Part shown: positions 20,474 through 32,810 of the stretch, piece by piece
Layout: every line of letters begins with the position of its first letter
Position numbering within the stretch: position 1 is the stretch's first letter
Assembly (NCBI GenBank): GCA_000004695.1
Contig: CM000152.2
Coordinates: 4,320,001 to 4,384,000, forward strand
Length of the DNA stretch: 64,000 bases
DNA from: Dictyostelium discoideum
Taxonomy: Eukaryota
Direction: 5' to 3'
Notes under the pieces: generated by a model
The model's input: the letters and a program-made list of their open reading frames with translations, nothing else
What the model was told of the DNA's origin: nothing
Databases searched by the model: none
Position numbers and translations under genes: made by a program

Positions 20474-23277
20474 AAAAACAAAAACTTACTAATTGTATTA
20501 AGTCTATGAGCAATTGTTAAAATTGTACAATTACTAAACTTATTACGAATTGTTGCTTGAATTAATGAATCACTTTGACCATCGACAGAAGCAGTTGCTT
20601 CATCTAAAACTAAAATCTTTGGTTTTCTTAATAATGCACGAGCTAATACAATTAATTGTCTTTGTCCAACTGAAAAGTTTTCACCATTTTCTGTTACTTT
20701 GGAATTTAAGCCTTCTTCAGTTGATTTAAATACTTTTGATAATTGAATATCATCTAAAATTGACCATAATTCATGATCTGGACATTCATTGAATGGATCT
20801 AAATTTTCACGAAGTGTACCACTGAATAATACTGGATCTTGTGGAATGATTGCTAAATTTCTACGTAAATCTTTTAATCCGAATTTGGCAATATTTTCAC
20901 CATCAATTGAAATTGAACCTTCTGAAGCTTCAATTAAACGGAACAATGCTAAAACGATTGAACTTTTACCTGCACCAGTACGGCCTACAATACCAATCTT
21001 TTCTTTTGCTTTAATTTCACATGTTATACCTTTTAATACTGGATCTAATCCTTCACGATAACGCATTACTAAATTATCAAATTTAATTGACCCATTTATT
21101 GGCCAATCTGGTGATGGACGACAATCATCAATAATTTGTGGTGCTTCAACTGCTCCTCTAATATATTGTGAAATACGTTCAACTGAATTCATTTTAGTTT
21201 CAGTATCGGCTGCTTGAAGCACACCTTGATTTAAATTACTTGTGATTGAAAGTGCATAACTTAAAACTAGACCAACATCAGATGGACTAATTGTATCCTT
21301 TTTTAAAGTGATGAAAATACATGAAAAGAACACAATAAGGTTACCTAAAAAATCTAAACGTAAACCTAACCATCTATTCATTGCTTGTAGTGTTAAATAA
21401 CAATTATTATTATCATCTAAACGTTTTTGATTCTTTAATATATTCTCTTGTTGTTTTTTATATGCTCTAATTGAAACTACGCCATTTAAAGTTTCAGAGA
21501 AATGATTGAAAATTGGTGAACGTGTAATTGCTTCAATTCTTTGTAAACCTCTTGATGTATATCTATAAAAGTATTGTAAAATAAAGAATAAAATACAAAT
21601 AGGTGCCAATGGAATTAAAAGCCATGGAACAATGATTGAAATTAAAATTAATGTAGCCAATACTGATAGCATTAAAGTGAAGAATTGTGCAATTGAAGTA
21701 GCAATTAAATTATCAATAATATCTAAATCTCTTGTGAAACGATTGATAATTCTACCAAGTGGTGTTTGGTCAAAGAATGACATTGGTTTCTTTAATAATG
21801 CATTGAACAATTCATGATGAATTGAATGAGCTGCACGAACTGCATATTCAAAGAATGAGAATGTACGTACCACAGTCACAATAATCGATGCCATACCAAC
21901 ACCTATGTAAATACCTAAATTTTGATCATCAGTTAAACCAGTAGGTTCTTCACCTAATAATATTGATTCCATTCTTTCTGATGACTCTGTTTGCCAATGT
22001 GATAACCACCAATCTGTAAATGTTTTTGAACCAGTTTCTAATAAAAACAAAATCATTGCAAATAAGAATAATAAACCACCACCAGCTGTAACATATTTCC
22101 AATATACTTTTCCTGCAACAGCTCCTTGTTCCGCTTCTTCCTCTGATATCAATGTTCCATCTTTATCTGATTGTTTAGGTTTTTCAACTTTTTCTTCTTT
22201 TTTATCATCATCTTTCTTATCATCATCATCATCACTATCATCACCTTTTGTATTTTCATCAACACCATATTCTTGTAGTAATGATGCAAATTCTAATTTA
22301 GCATTAATTAATTCATAATAGGTACCTCTTTCAACGATTTCTCCTGATTTTAATACAACTGTATTATCAGCAAATGGTAAATAATTTATTTGATTTGCTA
22401 CTAAAATAACTGTTTTACTTGATAGAATACCTTTAAAACATTTATGGAATAAATGTTTACCAACATGTGAGTCCACTGCTGATAATGGATCATCTAAAAT
22501 ATAAACATCTGCATCTGAATATACTGCACGAGCAATTGAAACTCTTTGTTTTTGACCACCTGAAAGGTTAATACCACGTTCACCAATTTCTACTGAATCA
22601 CCCTGTGGAAATAATTCAATATCACGTTTTAATGCACAAACTTCTAATACTTTTTGATACCTTTCTTCATCCAATTCTTTACCAAAAATAATATTCTCTT
22701 TTAATGTTGCATTGATAATCCATGCTTGTTGAGGTACATAAGCAATTGAGCCTTTAATACCGATTTCTCCATCAATAGTCTCTAACTCTCCCAACATTGC
22801 CTGTACCAATGTCGATTTACCCGATCCGACTGAACCAACAACCATTGTTAATGATTGACCTTTTGCTTCAAAATTAATATTTTTTAAACCAAATGAATCT
22901 TCTTTCTCTTTATTCCAAGTTGTTGTTGAATTTTTCATATAAACACCATTTGGTAATGAAGGATTATCAATTTGTTGAACTTCTTTCATTTCTGGTAATA
23001 ATAGAAAATCAGTAACTCTTTTACTTGCAATTTGCATTTGAATACCCAATGCAATTAAAATTGGTAAGAAACCTAATGGGATTTTCAATAAATTTAAATA
23101 AGAGAGTGCACTAAAAATTTTACCAGCATCCAAACTTCCATTGTATCCATAATAGGTTGAAAATACTAATATTGAAGCTGCTGTTGGAATTGCACCAATC
23201 ATTGCAATTAAAATAGTTCTATAACGAGTGAACGAAAATAATAATTTAATTTCATTATTACGACGATCCAAAACCTA

Positions 23278-23354
<77 letters not shown>

Positions 23355-24573
23355 GAAAATTAAAAATTATTAAAATTAATAAATTAAATCTTTTAATCTT
23401 TAGATTACTTAGTAATAAAAAATATATGTTACCTTTTTAGCAAAACTATCTTCCCATGCATATAATTTTATAATTTTCATTGCTTGTAAAATTTCACTTG
23501 TAACTTTAACACGACCATCTGTATGACCAATTAATATTCTTCTAGTTTCAGTTAATTTCTTTGCAGCTAATCCATTGAATGGAATTGCAGCTAACATTAA
23601 ACCCAATCCTACAAATGTTGGCCAACCAATCTTTTCATATAATAATGCAAGACAAATAATAATTTGTGGTAATGCAAATAAACCATTATTTAAAATTCCA
23701 AATACTTCAATCATTCTTTGAGCATCATTACTAATTAAATTTACAATTTGACCTGGTGATGTATTTGATCTTGCTGAATTTGATAATTTAATTGCTTTTT
23801 TATAAACATCTAAAACAATGATTGATCTTAACTATATATGTATATAATTTTATTAGTTTAATATAATTCTATTTTTTAAAAAATGAAAAAAGGGGGGTAC
23901 TTACACGATCACCAGTTCTAACAGTGACTCTATTGGCTTGATAGTTACAAAATGAACCAATCATTGCAGTTCCAAACATAATCAATGCATAATAGTATCC
24001 CATATTTGGATCTTCTGTTGATGTTCCCAACTTTGATTCAACTACAAATGTAACCATTCTACTTAATATTTCCGGCCCAACAAATTGAGATCCAACATAG
24101 ATTGAATAAAAAAATAAACTTATACAATGTAATTTTCCAAATGCTCTAAATCCAGCCCTTAAATATGATGGTCTAAAAATAATAAAATTAATAAATATAT
24201 TAATATTTATAATAATAATAATAATAATAATATTAATATTAATAATAATAATAATAATAATGAATATTTCAAATAATAAATAAACTTACTTTGGTTTTTG
24301 AATTTCGATTTCCCATGATTTTGCGATTTTTTTGGCTAAATATTCAGATTTATCATATGATGCAAGATCCCAAAGATGTGATAATTGTAAAACATTTCTA
24401 AAACAATGAATTACAAATCCATCAGCCCATGAAAATGTTAAATTTGATAAAAAATTTGAATTTTCTTCTGGTGATTTTTTACCCCCATATCCTATCTTTT
24501 TTTCTTTTTTTTTTATTTCTTTTCCTCCCTTAGTTTCCAAGTTGTCCACTGAATTTAATTCTATATCTTCCAT
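20141..24573 (-). CDS. ABC transporter C-family (MRP-type, short form without TMD0), copy A, 5 exons, about 1325 aa
   Basis: Exons on the minus strand (approx.): 24573-24290, 24171-23904, 23831-23433, 23274-20490, 20376-20141. Exon 1 is [42 protein letters not shown]1 has Walker [10 protein letters not shown] and signature [17 protein letters not shown]2 has GRTGAGKSS and [16 protein letters not shown]. Exon 5 is (M)[19 protein letters not shown]. Intron 4 (20377-20489) is essentially a 66-nt A homopolymer on the transcribed strand. Intron 3 contains an (ATT)n repeat. Confidence 0.85.
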
Positions 24574-25359
24574 TAAATAATATTACTAAAATAATAATAA
24601 AATAATAATAATAAAATAATAAATAATAAAATTAATATAAATAGATATATATACAATTAAAAAATTGATTTAAAACAATTAAACTTACTTTATTAATTAA
24701 AATTTATTTAAAGAAAAAAAAAAAAAAAATATAGTTTAGAAAATTTTAAAAAAATAAAATAAAATAAAATAAAATAAAATAAAATATAAATAGATACCAT
24801 CATCGTGGTGGGATTATTTGTTTATTTTCCATGTAACCTGGTATTAAATAATTGAAGTTTGAAATAAAAAAAATAAAAAAATAAAAATAAAAATAAAAAA
24901 AAAAATTTAATACCGACAAAAATGACAAATTTGAAAAGACACAAAAAAAAAAATAAAAAAATAAAAAAAAATAAATTTTTATATTTTAAATAAAACTTTA
25001 AAAAAATGTGGTTCCACTGTTGTTGGAATATATTGTTTTTATAAAATTAATATTGTTTAATCGAAATAGATTAAGTTTCAAAAGAATTTTTTTTTTTTTA
25101 TTATTTTTTTAAAAATATAAAAAATTTATTAAATCAAGTGAGGTAATTTTTTTTTTAGACAATCCATAAAAAATATAATTTTTAAAACAAAACCAAAAAT
25201 TATTTTTTATCTTTTTTTTTTTTTTTTTTTTTATAACAACAATATCATCAACCACAACTTTTAATCCATTTTTTATTTTCAAAATCTCATTTTATTTATC
25301 TCATATTGGTAGTTGTTTTTTTTTTTTTATTTTTTTTTTTTTTTTCTAAAATAATCTAA

Positions 25360-25394
<35 letters not shown>

Positions 25395-25791
25395 CAAGAT
25401 TTAATAAATAAAAAGCGTATTGAAAAAACAAAAACAAAAAAAAAAAAAAAAATGTGCGAATTTGAATCCAGGATGGTTTGAACTTTACTTTGAAAGATAT
25501 TTCTTTTTTTTTTTGGTTTTTTTTTTTTTTTTTTTTTTTTAAAAAATTAAATTATAAATTTGAAATTTTAAAATAGTGAGATAACGGAAAAAAAAAAATT
25601 TTATGATCCAATCCGTTTATTTTAATTTATTTTTTTTTTATTTTTTATTTTTTTTTTATTTTTTTTTTTTCGTCGTTTTCGCTAAAAAAAAAATTATAAA
25701 TCTTTTTTTTTTTTTTTTTAATTTTGAAAGTGACAACAACAACAACACCAAAACACAATAACAACAACAAAAAAACAAATTAATATTAAAA

Positions 25792-26996
25792 ATGGAGGAT
25801 GAATTATACAATGAAATTATTATGGTATTAAAGGACTCCACAATTTTAGGATTTGGTGCCAATGATGAAAAAAAATATAGAGGAATTAGAAAATTTTATA
25901 CATTCAGAGAAACTTCTGATGGTAAAATAACTTTAATTAAGAATGGTAAATTTAAAAAAATATTAAAAAAAAAAAAAAAAAATTGAAAATAAAAAAACTA
26001 AAAATAAAATAAAAATAAAAAAAACTAAAAATAAAAATAAGAGATACAAAATGAATATTAGAATTGTACGATTTTTTTTAAAAAATTATAATAAGTACTA
26101 ATTAAATTTTTTTTATTTTTATTACTATTATTAAAAAAAAAAAAAAAAGTAATTGATAAACTTAGAATTGTTCCACGTAGACGTGAATTACCTGCTATAT
26201 TCAATAAATATCACGACGAAAGTAGTCATGCATCTAAACATGTTTTAATGAGAGAGACAATGATTGGATATTTTTGGCCAACCAAAGTAAGTATATATAT
26301 AATAAATCATATTTATATGCATACAATAAACTAATTATTTAATTTTTTTATTTTTTCTTTTTTAATTTATTATTTAAAAATTTTTAGACAGTTGATATTG
26401 ATGCCTATGTAAACAATTGTGTATATTGCAACGAATTTAAAAAAAGATTTGGTAAAGCACCAAGCAAGAGAGATAGATCTATAGTTTTGGAGGAAACAAA
26501 AGGTATCATTGTTCCAAAAAGACCAAATAAAAGAAAATCAAAAGAACCAGCATCATCAAAAACAAAAACTACAAAAACAAAATCATCAAAAAAAACTGAA
26601 GAAGGTCCTTGGGGTTCAATTTTAGAAAAGAAAAAAAAAGATAATGATAGTGGTGATAGTGGTATTGATAGTGAAGATGATAACGATAATAGCAATGACA
26701 ATGATGATAGTGATAATAGTAGTAGTAATAGTAATAAAAATAATCAAAGCTCCAGAGGAACAAAAAGATTAAAATCATCTAAAAATCATGAAGACAATGA
26801 TGATGATGATGATGATGATGATAATAATGATGAGGATGATGACGATGAAGATTACAATGACGATGACGATGATGATTATAAAGTTGAAGAAAATGAAGAA
26901 AATGAAGAAGAAAATTTTAAACCAAAAAGATTAGGTGGTAGTAGAAGACAATCAGCTATCTCATCAATTTCTGATGATGACTCTGAGATTTTATAA
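25792..26996 (+). CDS. Small protein with a retroelement-integrase-type HHCC (H2C2) zinc finger and a long acidic Asp/Glu/Ser tail (copy B), 3 exons, about 299 aa
   Basis: Exon 1 is 25792-25945 (MEDELYNEIIMVLKDSTILGFGANDEKKYRGIRKFYTFRETSDGKITLIKN, donor G|GTAAAT). Exon 2 is 26150-26286 (VIDKLRIVPRRRELPAIFNKYHDESSHASKHVLMRETMIGYFWPTK, donor GTAAGT). Exon 3 is 26388-26996 (TVDIDAYVNNCVYCNEFKKR... then poly-D/E). The intron splits the zinc finger after W-x-T-K, exactly as in copy A. Confidence 0.65.
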
Positions 26997-27280
26997 TCTT
27001 AAAATCCACCAAATCAACCACACAATTTCATTCACTAACCAATCCCAAACCCCTTTTGTAAATTACTTTCCAAGAATTTTTTTTTTTTAAACTTTTAACA
27101 TTTTTTTTCTTTTAATTTCCATAAATTATAAATAAATAAATAATATCAATAAATAATATCAATAAATAATAAACAAATAATAATTAACAACAAAAAAAAA
27201 AAAAAAAGAAACACCATCATCATATAACAACAACAAAAATAAAAAAGTGTCAAAAAAAAAAAAAAAGATTTTTTTTTTTT

Positions 27281-27320
27281 GATCACGAAATTTTATTTTT
27301 GATCGCGAAATTTTATTTTT
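27281..27320 (+). promoter_or_regulatory. Tandem 20-bp direct repeat gatcRcgaaattttattttt x2 in the abcC copy-B upstream region
   Basis: Two adjacent units differing at one base (a/g). They are the only CG-containing motif in a poly-A/T intergenic stretch. They lie about 430 bp upstream of the abcC-B ATG and about 290 bp downstream of the zinc-finger gene stop. Confidence 0.3.
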
Positions 27321-27714
27321 GTTTTTTTATTTTCTTTTTTATTTTGGGAAATATAACCCACGCAGTCATTTTTTTTTTTTTTTATGGTTTTTATTTTTGG
27401 ATTTGTTTTGTTTTGTTTTTATTGGTTTTATTTTTTTTTTTATAAATTCGAGACATGTAACCCAACCGAAAATAATTTTTATAAGGTGCTTTTGGAAAAA
27501 AAAAAAAAAAAAAAAAATATAAAAAATTATTTTTATTGTTTTTTTTTCTCACTTTTCTTTTTATTTATTGTTTTTTTCTCACTTTTCTTATTTTTTATTT
27601 TTTTTTTTTTTTGGCAAAAGGTATTCTTTTTCTTTTTTTATTTTTTTGACAAAAACTCTTTTACAAAAAAAAAAAAAAACAAGAAAACAAAAAAAACAAA
27701 AAAAAACAAAAAAA

Positions 27715-27747
<33 letters not shown>

Positions 27748-27750
<3 letters not shown>

Positions 27751-28058
27751 AAAGAAATAGAACTGGATAGGCCAGAAGAAAAGAAAAAAAAAGTGAAAAA
27801 AGAAAAAAAGATTGGATATGGCGGTAAAAAATCACCAGAAGAAAATTCAAACTTTTTATCAAATTTAACATTTTCATGGGCCGATGGATTTGTAATTCAT
27901 TGTTTTAGAAATGTTTTACAATTATCACATCTTTGGGATCTTGCATCATATGATAAATCTGAATATTTAGCCAAAAAAATCGCAAAATCATGGGAAATCG
28001 AAATTCAAAAACCAAAGTAAGTTAATTATTATTAATTTTATTTTTTTGTGATCTTGAA

Positions 28059-28097
<39 letters not shown>

Positions 28098-31000
28098 ATT
28101 ATTATTTTAGACCATCATATTTAAGGGCTGGATTTAGAGCATTTGGAAAATTACAATTATTAAGTATTTTTTTATATGCAATAAGTGTTGGAATCCAATT
28201 TGTTGGACCAGAAATTTTAGGTAGAATGGTTACATTTGTAGTTGAATCAAAATTAGGAACATCCACAGAAGATCCAAATATGGGATACTATTATGCATTG
28301 ATTATGTTTGGGACTGCGATGATTGGTTCATTTTGTACATACCATGCTAATAGAATTTCATTTAGAACTGGCGATCGTGTAAGTACCCCCTTTTCTTTTT
28401 TTTTTGTTTTTTTTTTTTTATTTTTTTTTTATATTTTATTAATCATTTTTTTATTTATTTTTATTTATTTTTTAGTTAAGATCAATCATTGTTTTAGATG
28501 TTTATAAAAAAGCAATTAAATTATCAAATTCAGCAAGATCAGATACATCACCAGGCCAAATTGTAAATTTGATGAGTAATGATGCTCAAAGAATGGTTGA
28601 AGTATTTGGAATGTTTAATAATGGCGCACTTGCATTACCACAAATTATTATTTGTCTTGCATTATTATATAAAAAGATTGGTTGGCCAACATTTGTAGGA
28701 TTGGGTTTAATGTTAGCTGCAATTCCATTCAATGGAATGGCTGCAAAGAAATTAACTGAAACTAGAAAATATTTAGTCTCACTTTCAGATAGTCGTGTTA
28801 AAGCTACAAATGAAATTTTACAAGCTATTAAAATTATAAAATTATATGCATGGGAAGATAGTTTTGCTAAAAAGGTATAATATATTTTTTAAATATTAGT
28901 AAGATCATTAAAAGAAATTATAATTTTTATAATATATTTATTTATTTATTTTTTTATATTTTATTTTTTATTTTTTACTATAATGATAATGATAATAATT
29001 ATAGGTTATTGAACATCGTAATAATGAAATTAAATTATTATTTTCATATAGTCGTTATAGAACTATTTTAATTGTTATTATTAGTGCTTTACCAACTGCT
29101 GCTGCTATTTTAGTAATTTCATCATATTATGGACATGAGAAATCTTTAGATGCAAGTAGAATTTTTAGTGCACTTTCATATTTAAATTTATTAAGACTTC
29201 CATTAGGTTTCTTACCAATTATAATTGCATTGGGTATTCAAATGCAAATTGCAGGTAAAAGAGTTACTGATTTTCTATTATTACCAGAAATGAAAGATAT
29301 TCAACAAATTGATAATCCTTCATTACCAAATGGTGTTTATATGAAAAATTCAACAACAACTTGGAATAAACTTAAAGAAGATTCATTTGGTTTAAAAAAT
29401 ATTAATTTTGAAGCTACTGGAACATCATTAACAATGGTTGTTGGTTCAGTCGGATCGGGTAAATCAACATTGGTACAGGCAATGTTGGGAGAGTTAGAGA
29501 TTATTGATGGAGAAATCGGTATTAAAGGCTCAATTGCTTATGTACCTCAACAAGCATGGATTATCAATGCAACATTAAAAGAGAATATTATTTTTGGTAA
29601 AGAATTGGATGAAGAAAGGTATCAAAAAGTATTAGAAGTTTGTGCATTAAAACGTGATATTGAATTATTTCCACAAGGTGATTCAGTAGAAATTGGTGAA
29701 CGTGGTATTAACCTTTCAGGTGGTCAAAAACAAAGAGTTTCAATTGCTCGTGCAGTATATTCAGATGCAGATGTTTATATTTTAGATGATCCATTATCAG
29801 CAGTGGACTCACATGTTGGTAAACATTTATTCCATAAATGTTTTAAAGGTATTCTATCAAGTAAAACAGTTATTTTAGTAGCAAATCAATTAAATTATTT
29901 ACCATTTGCTGATAATACAGTTGTATTAAAATCAGGAGAAATCGTTGAAAGAGGTACCTATTATGAATTAATTAATTCTAAATTAGAATTTTCAAGTATT
30001 CTTGAAAAGTATGGTGTTGATGAAAATGTTATATCCAAAAAAGATGACATTGATGAAGATGAAGATGAAGATCAAGATACTATTGAAAAGGTTGAAATAG
30101 ATTTAAATAAAGATGAAAAGTCTCAACCAAAATCAAAATCATCAAATACTGACGGAACATTAATATCAGAGGAAGAAAGTGAACAAGGAGCTGTTGCGGG
30201 AAAGGTATATTGGAAATATGTCACAGCTGGTGGTGGTTTATTATTCTTGGTTTCAATGATATTCTTTTTATTAGAAACTGGTTCAAAAACATTTTCAGAT
30301 TGGTGGTTATCACATTGGCAAACAGAGTCATCAGAAAGAATGGAATCAATATTACTAGGTGAGGAACCTACTGGTTTAACTGATGATCAAAATTTAGGTA
30401 TTTATATTGGTCTTGGTATGGCAGCTGTTTTCATTTCAGTTTGTAAGAATTTTATTTATTATGAATATTCAGTGTATGCATCACGTGCAATTCATCATGA
30501 GTTGTTCAATGCATTATTAAAGAAACCAATGTATTTCTTTGACCAAACACCAATTGGTAGAATTATAAATCGTTTCACTAGAGATTTAGATGGTATTGAT
30601 AATTTAATCGCAACTTCAATATCAACATTTTTAACTTTAATGTTAACTGTAATTGCAACTATTATCCTTGTTTCAATCATTGTTCCATTCCTTTTAATTC
30701 CATTGGCACCAATTAGTATAATATTCTTCTTTTTACAATACTTTTATAGATATACATCAAGAGGTTTACAAAGAATTGAAGCTATTACACGTTCACCAAT
30801 TTTCAATCATTTCTCTGAAACTTTAAATGGTGTAGTTTCAATTAGAGCATATAAAAAACAACAAGAGAATATATTAATAAATCAAAAACGTTTAGATGAT
30901 AATAATAATTGTTATTTAACACTACAAGCAATGAATAGATGGTTAGGTTTGCGTTTAGATTTTTTAGCAAATTTAATTACATTTTTTGCTTGTATTTTCA

Positions 31001-32153
31001 TTACAATCGATAAGGATACAATTAGTCCTGCAAATGTTGGTTTAGCATTAGGTTATGCACTTTCATTAACTGGTAATTTAAATTATGCAGCACTTCAAGC
31101 AGCCGATACTGAAACTAAAATGAATTCAGTTGAACGTATTTCACAATATATTAGAGGAGCAGTTGAAGCACCACAAATTATTGATGATTGTCGTCCATCA
31201 CCAGATTGGCCAATAAATGGGTCAATTAAATTTGATAATTTAGTAATGCGTTATCGTGAAGGATTAGATCCAGTATTAAAAGGTATAACATGTGAAATTA
31301 AAGCAAAAGAAAAGATTGGTATTGTAGGCCGTACTGGTGCAGGTAAAAGTTCAATCGTTTTAGCATTGTTCCGTTTAATTGAAGCTTCAGAAGGTTCAAT
31401 TTCAATTGATGGTGAAAATATTGCCAAATTCGGATTAAAAGATTTACGTAGAAATTTAGCAATCATTCCACAAGATCCAGTATTATTCAGTGGTACACTT
31501 CGTGAAAATTTAGATCCATTCAATGAACGTTCTGAAGAGGATTTATTTTCAACAATTGAAGATATTCAAATGAGTGCAGTTGTTAAATCTTTAGAGGGTG
31601 GTTTAGACTCAAAAGTAACAGAAAATGGTGAAAACTTTTCAGTTGGACAAAGACAATTAATTGTATTAGCTCGTGCATTATTAAGAAAACCAAAGATTTT
31701 AGTTTTAGACGAAGCAACTGCCTCTGTCGATGGTCAAAGTGATTCATTAATTCAAGCAACAATTCGTAATAAGTTTAGTAATTGTACAATTTTAACAATT
31801 GCTCATAGACTTAATACAATTAGTAAGTTTTTATTTTTGTTTAAAATTCTTATTTTTTATTTTTTAAAAATTCAAATATTAACTATTAATTAAAATAATT
31901 AGTGGATAGTGATAGGATTATGGTACTTGATGCAGGTAAAATTAGTGAATTTGATGAACCATGGACATTATTACAAAATCAAAATGGTTTATTAACATGG
32001 TTAGTAGATGAAACTGGTCCTCAAAATGCAATTTATTTACGTAAATTAGCTGAAGCAAAGAAAAATGGTATAGATATAAATGAAATTATGCCAATTGATA
32101 ATGAAACAACTCCAAAGGATAATATCAATACACCACCACCACCACCTCAATAA
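27748..32153 (+). CDS. ABC transporter C-family (MRP-type, short form), copy B, 5 exons, 1334 aa
   Basis: Exons: 27748-28016, 28111-28378, 28476-28874, 29005-31822, 31903-32153, with GTAAGT/GTATAA donors and AG acceptors. Phases 2/0/0/1 all reconstitute conserved sequence, for example ..AHRLNTI|[13 protein letters not shown] across the last intron. The domain content matches copy A. The upstream in-frame Met codons of track ORF 27568-28020 lie in poly-A DNA and are not used. Confidence 0.85.
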
Positions 32154-32625
32154 CTTTATAAAATAAATTTATTTTATTGTGAAATTCAATTTGTATTAAA
32201 AAATTGGAAACTATTGTTTAAGTAAACAATAGTTTTTTATTTTATTTTCAACAAAAGAATACCATCAACAAATAAAACTATAAATATGTAATGGTTACAA
32301 AATTTTAAAATAAAATTGGAAAAAAAAATAAAGAAATTATTTGAATAAGTGGTCCACTTAAATAAATAAAAATATATATTATTAAATAAATATTAAATAA
32401 ATATTTTTAAATGGATGGAATCCACTCTAAAATACAAATTGAATCTTCAAATACATAAATAATATTAATAATATTAAATCATTAACAAAACTAAAGCAAC
32501 CTTTCCAAAAAAAAAAAAAAAAGAACGTTTGTTTTTGGAATATAGCCAGTTCCAATTTGTGAGTTTTTTTTTTTTTTTAATATCCTTGTTTATTTCCTTT
32601 AATCGACAAACGCTGATTTGTCAAT

Positions 32626-32672
<47 letters not shown>

Positions 32673-32683
32673 AAAAGTAGACA

Positions 32684-32740
32684 GTTGACGAGGGGTTTTT
32701 TTAATCAGTAAAAATTTGAGAGGATTTGCTGTAAGGTCAA
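32684..32740 (-). ncRNA. Class I RNA (Dictyostelium-specific small ncRNA, 57 nt)
   Basis: The minus strand reads GTTGACCTTACAGCAAATCCTCTCAAATTTTTACTGATTAAAAAACCCCTCGTCAAC. The 5' GTTGAC and 3' GTCAAC are perfectly complementary, forming the class I terminal stem. The invariant 11-nt motif CCTTACAGCAA sits immediately after the 5' stem arm. Length is within the 42-65 nt class range. A DUSE lies about 63-73 nt upstream. Confidence 0.8.
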
Positions 32741-32810
32741 CTTGTTTGTGAAACACATCAAAATATTCACCAACAAAATTTAAATTTCACCTAATTTTTT
32801 TAAAAAAATA

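Noticed and set aside
20789-21061. Identical 90-aa antisense ORFs inside both abcC genes (also 31251-31523)
   Set aside because: They are antisense to the strongly conserved NBD2 coding sequence. Their identity reflects gene conversion of the sense strand, not a real overlapping gene.
25441-25500. Short GC-richer patch (tgtgcgaatttgaatccaggatggtttgaac) in the bidirectional abcC-A / zinc-finger-B intergenic region
   Set aside because: There is no convincing secondary structure, known motif or repeat. It may be a promoter element, but there is not enough evidence to call one.
27568-27747. Upstream in-frame Met codons extending the abcC-B ORF ([19 protein letters not shown]...KKKKKK)
   Set aside because: The extension translates poly-T/poly-A promoter DNA. 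Paralog A starts at the equivalent MEDIEL/MKEIEL methionine, so 27748 is taken as the start.
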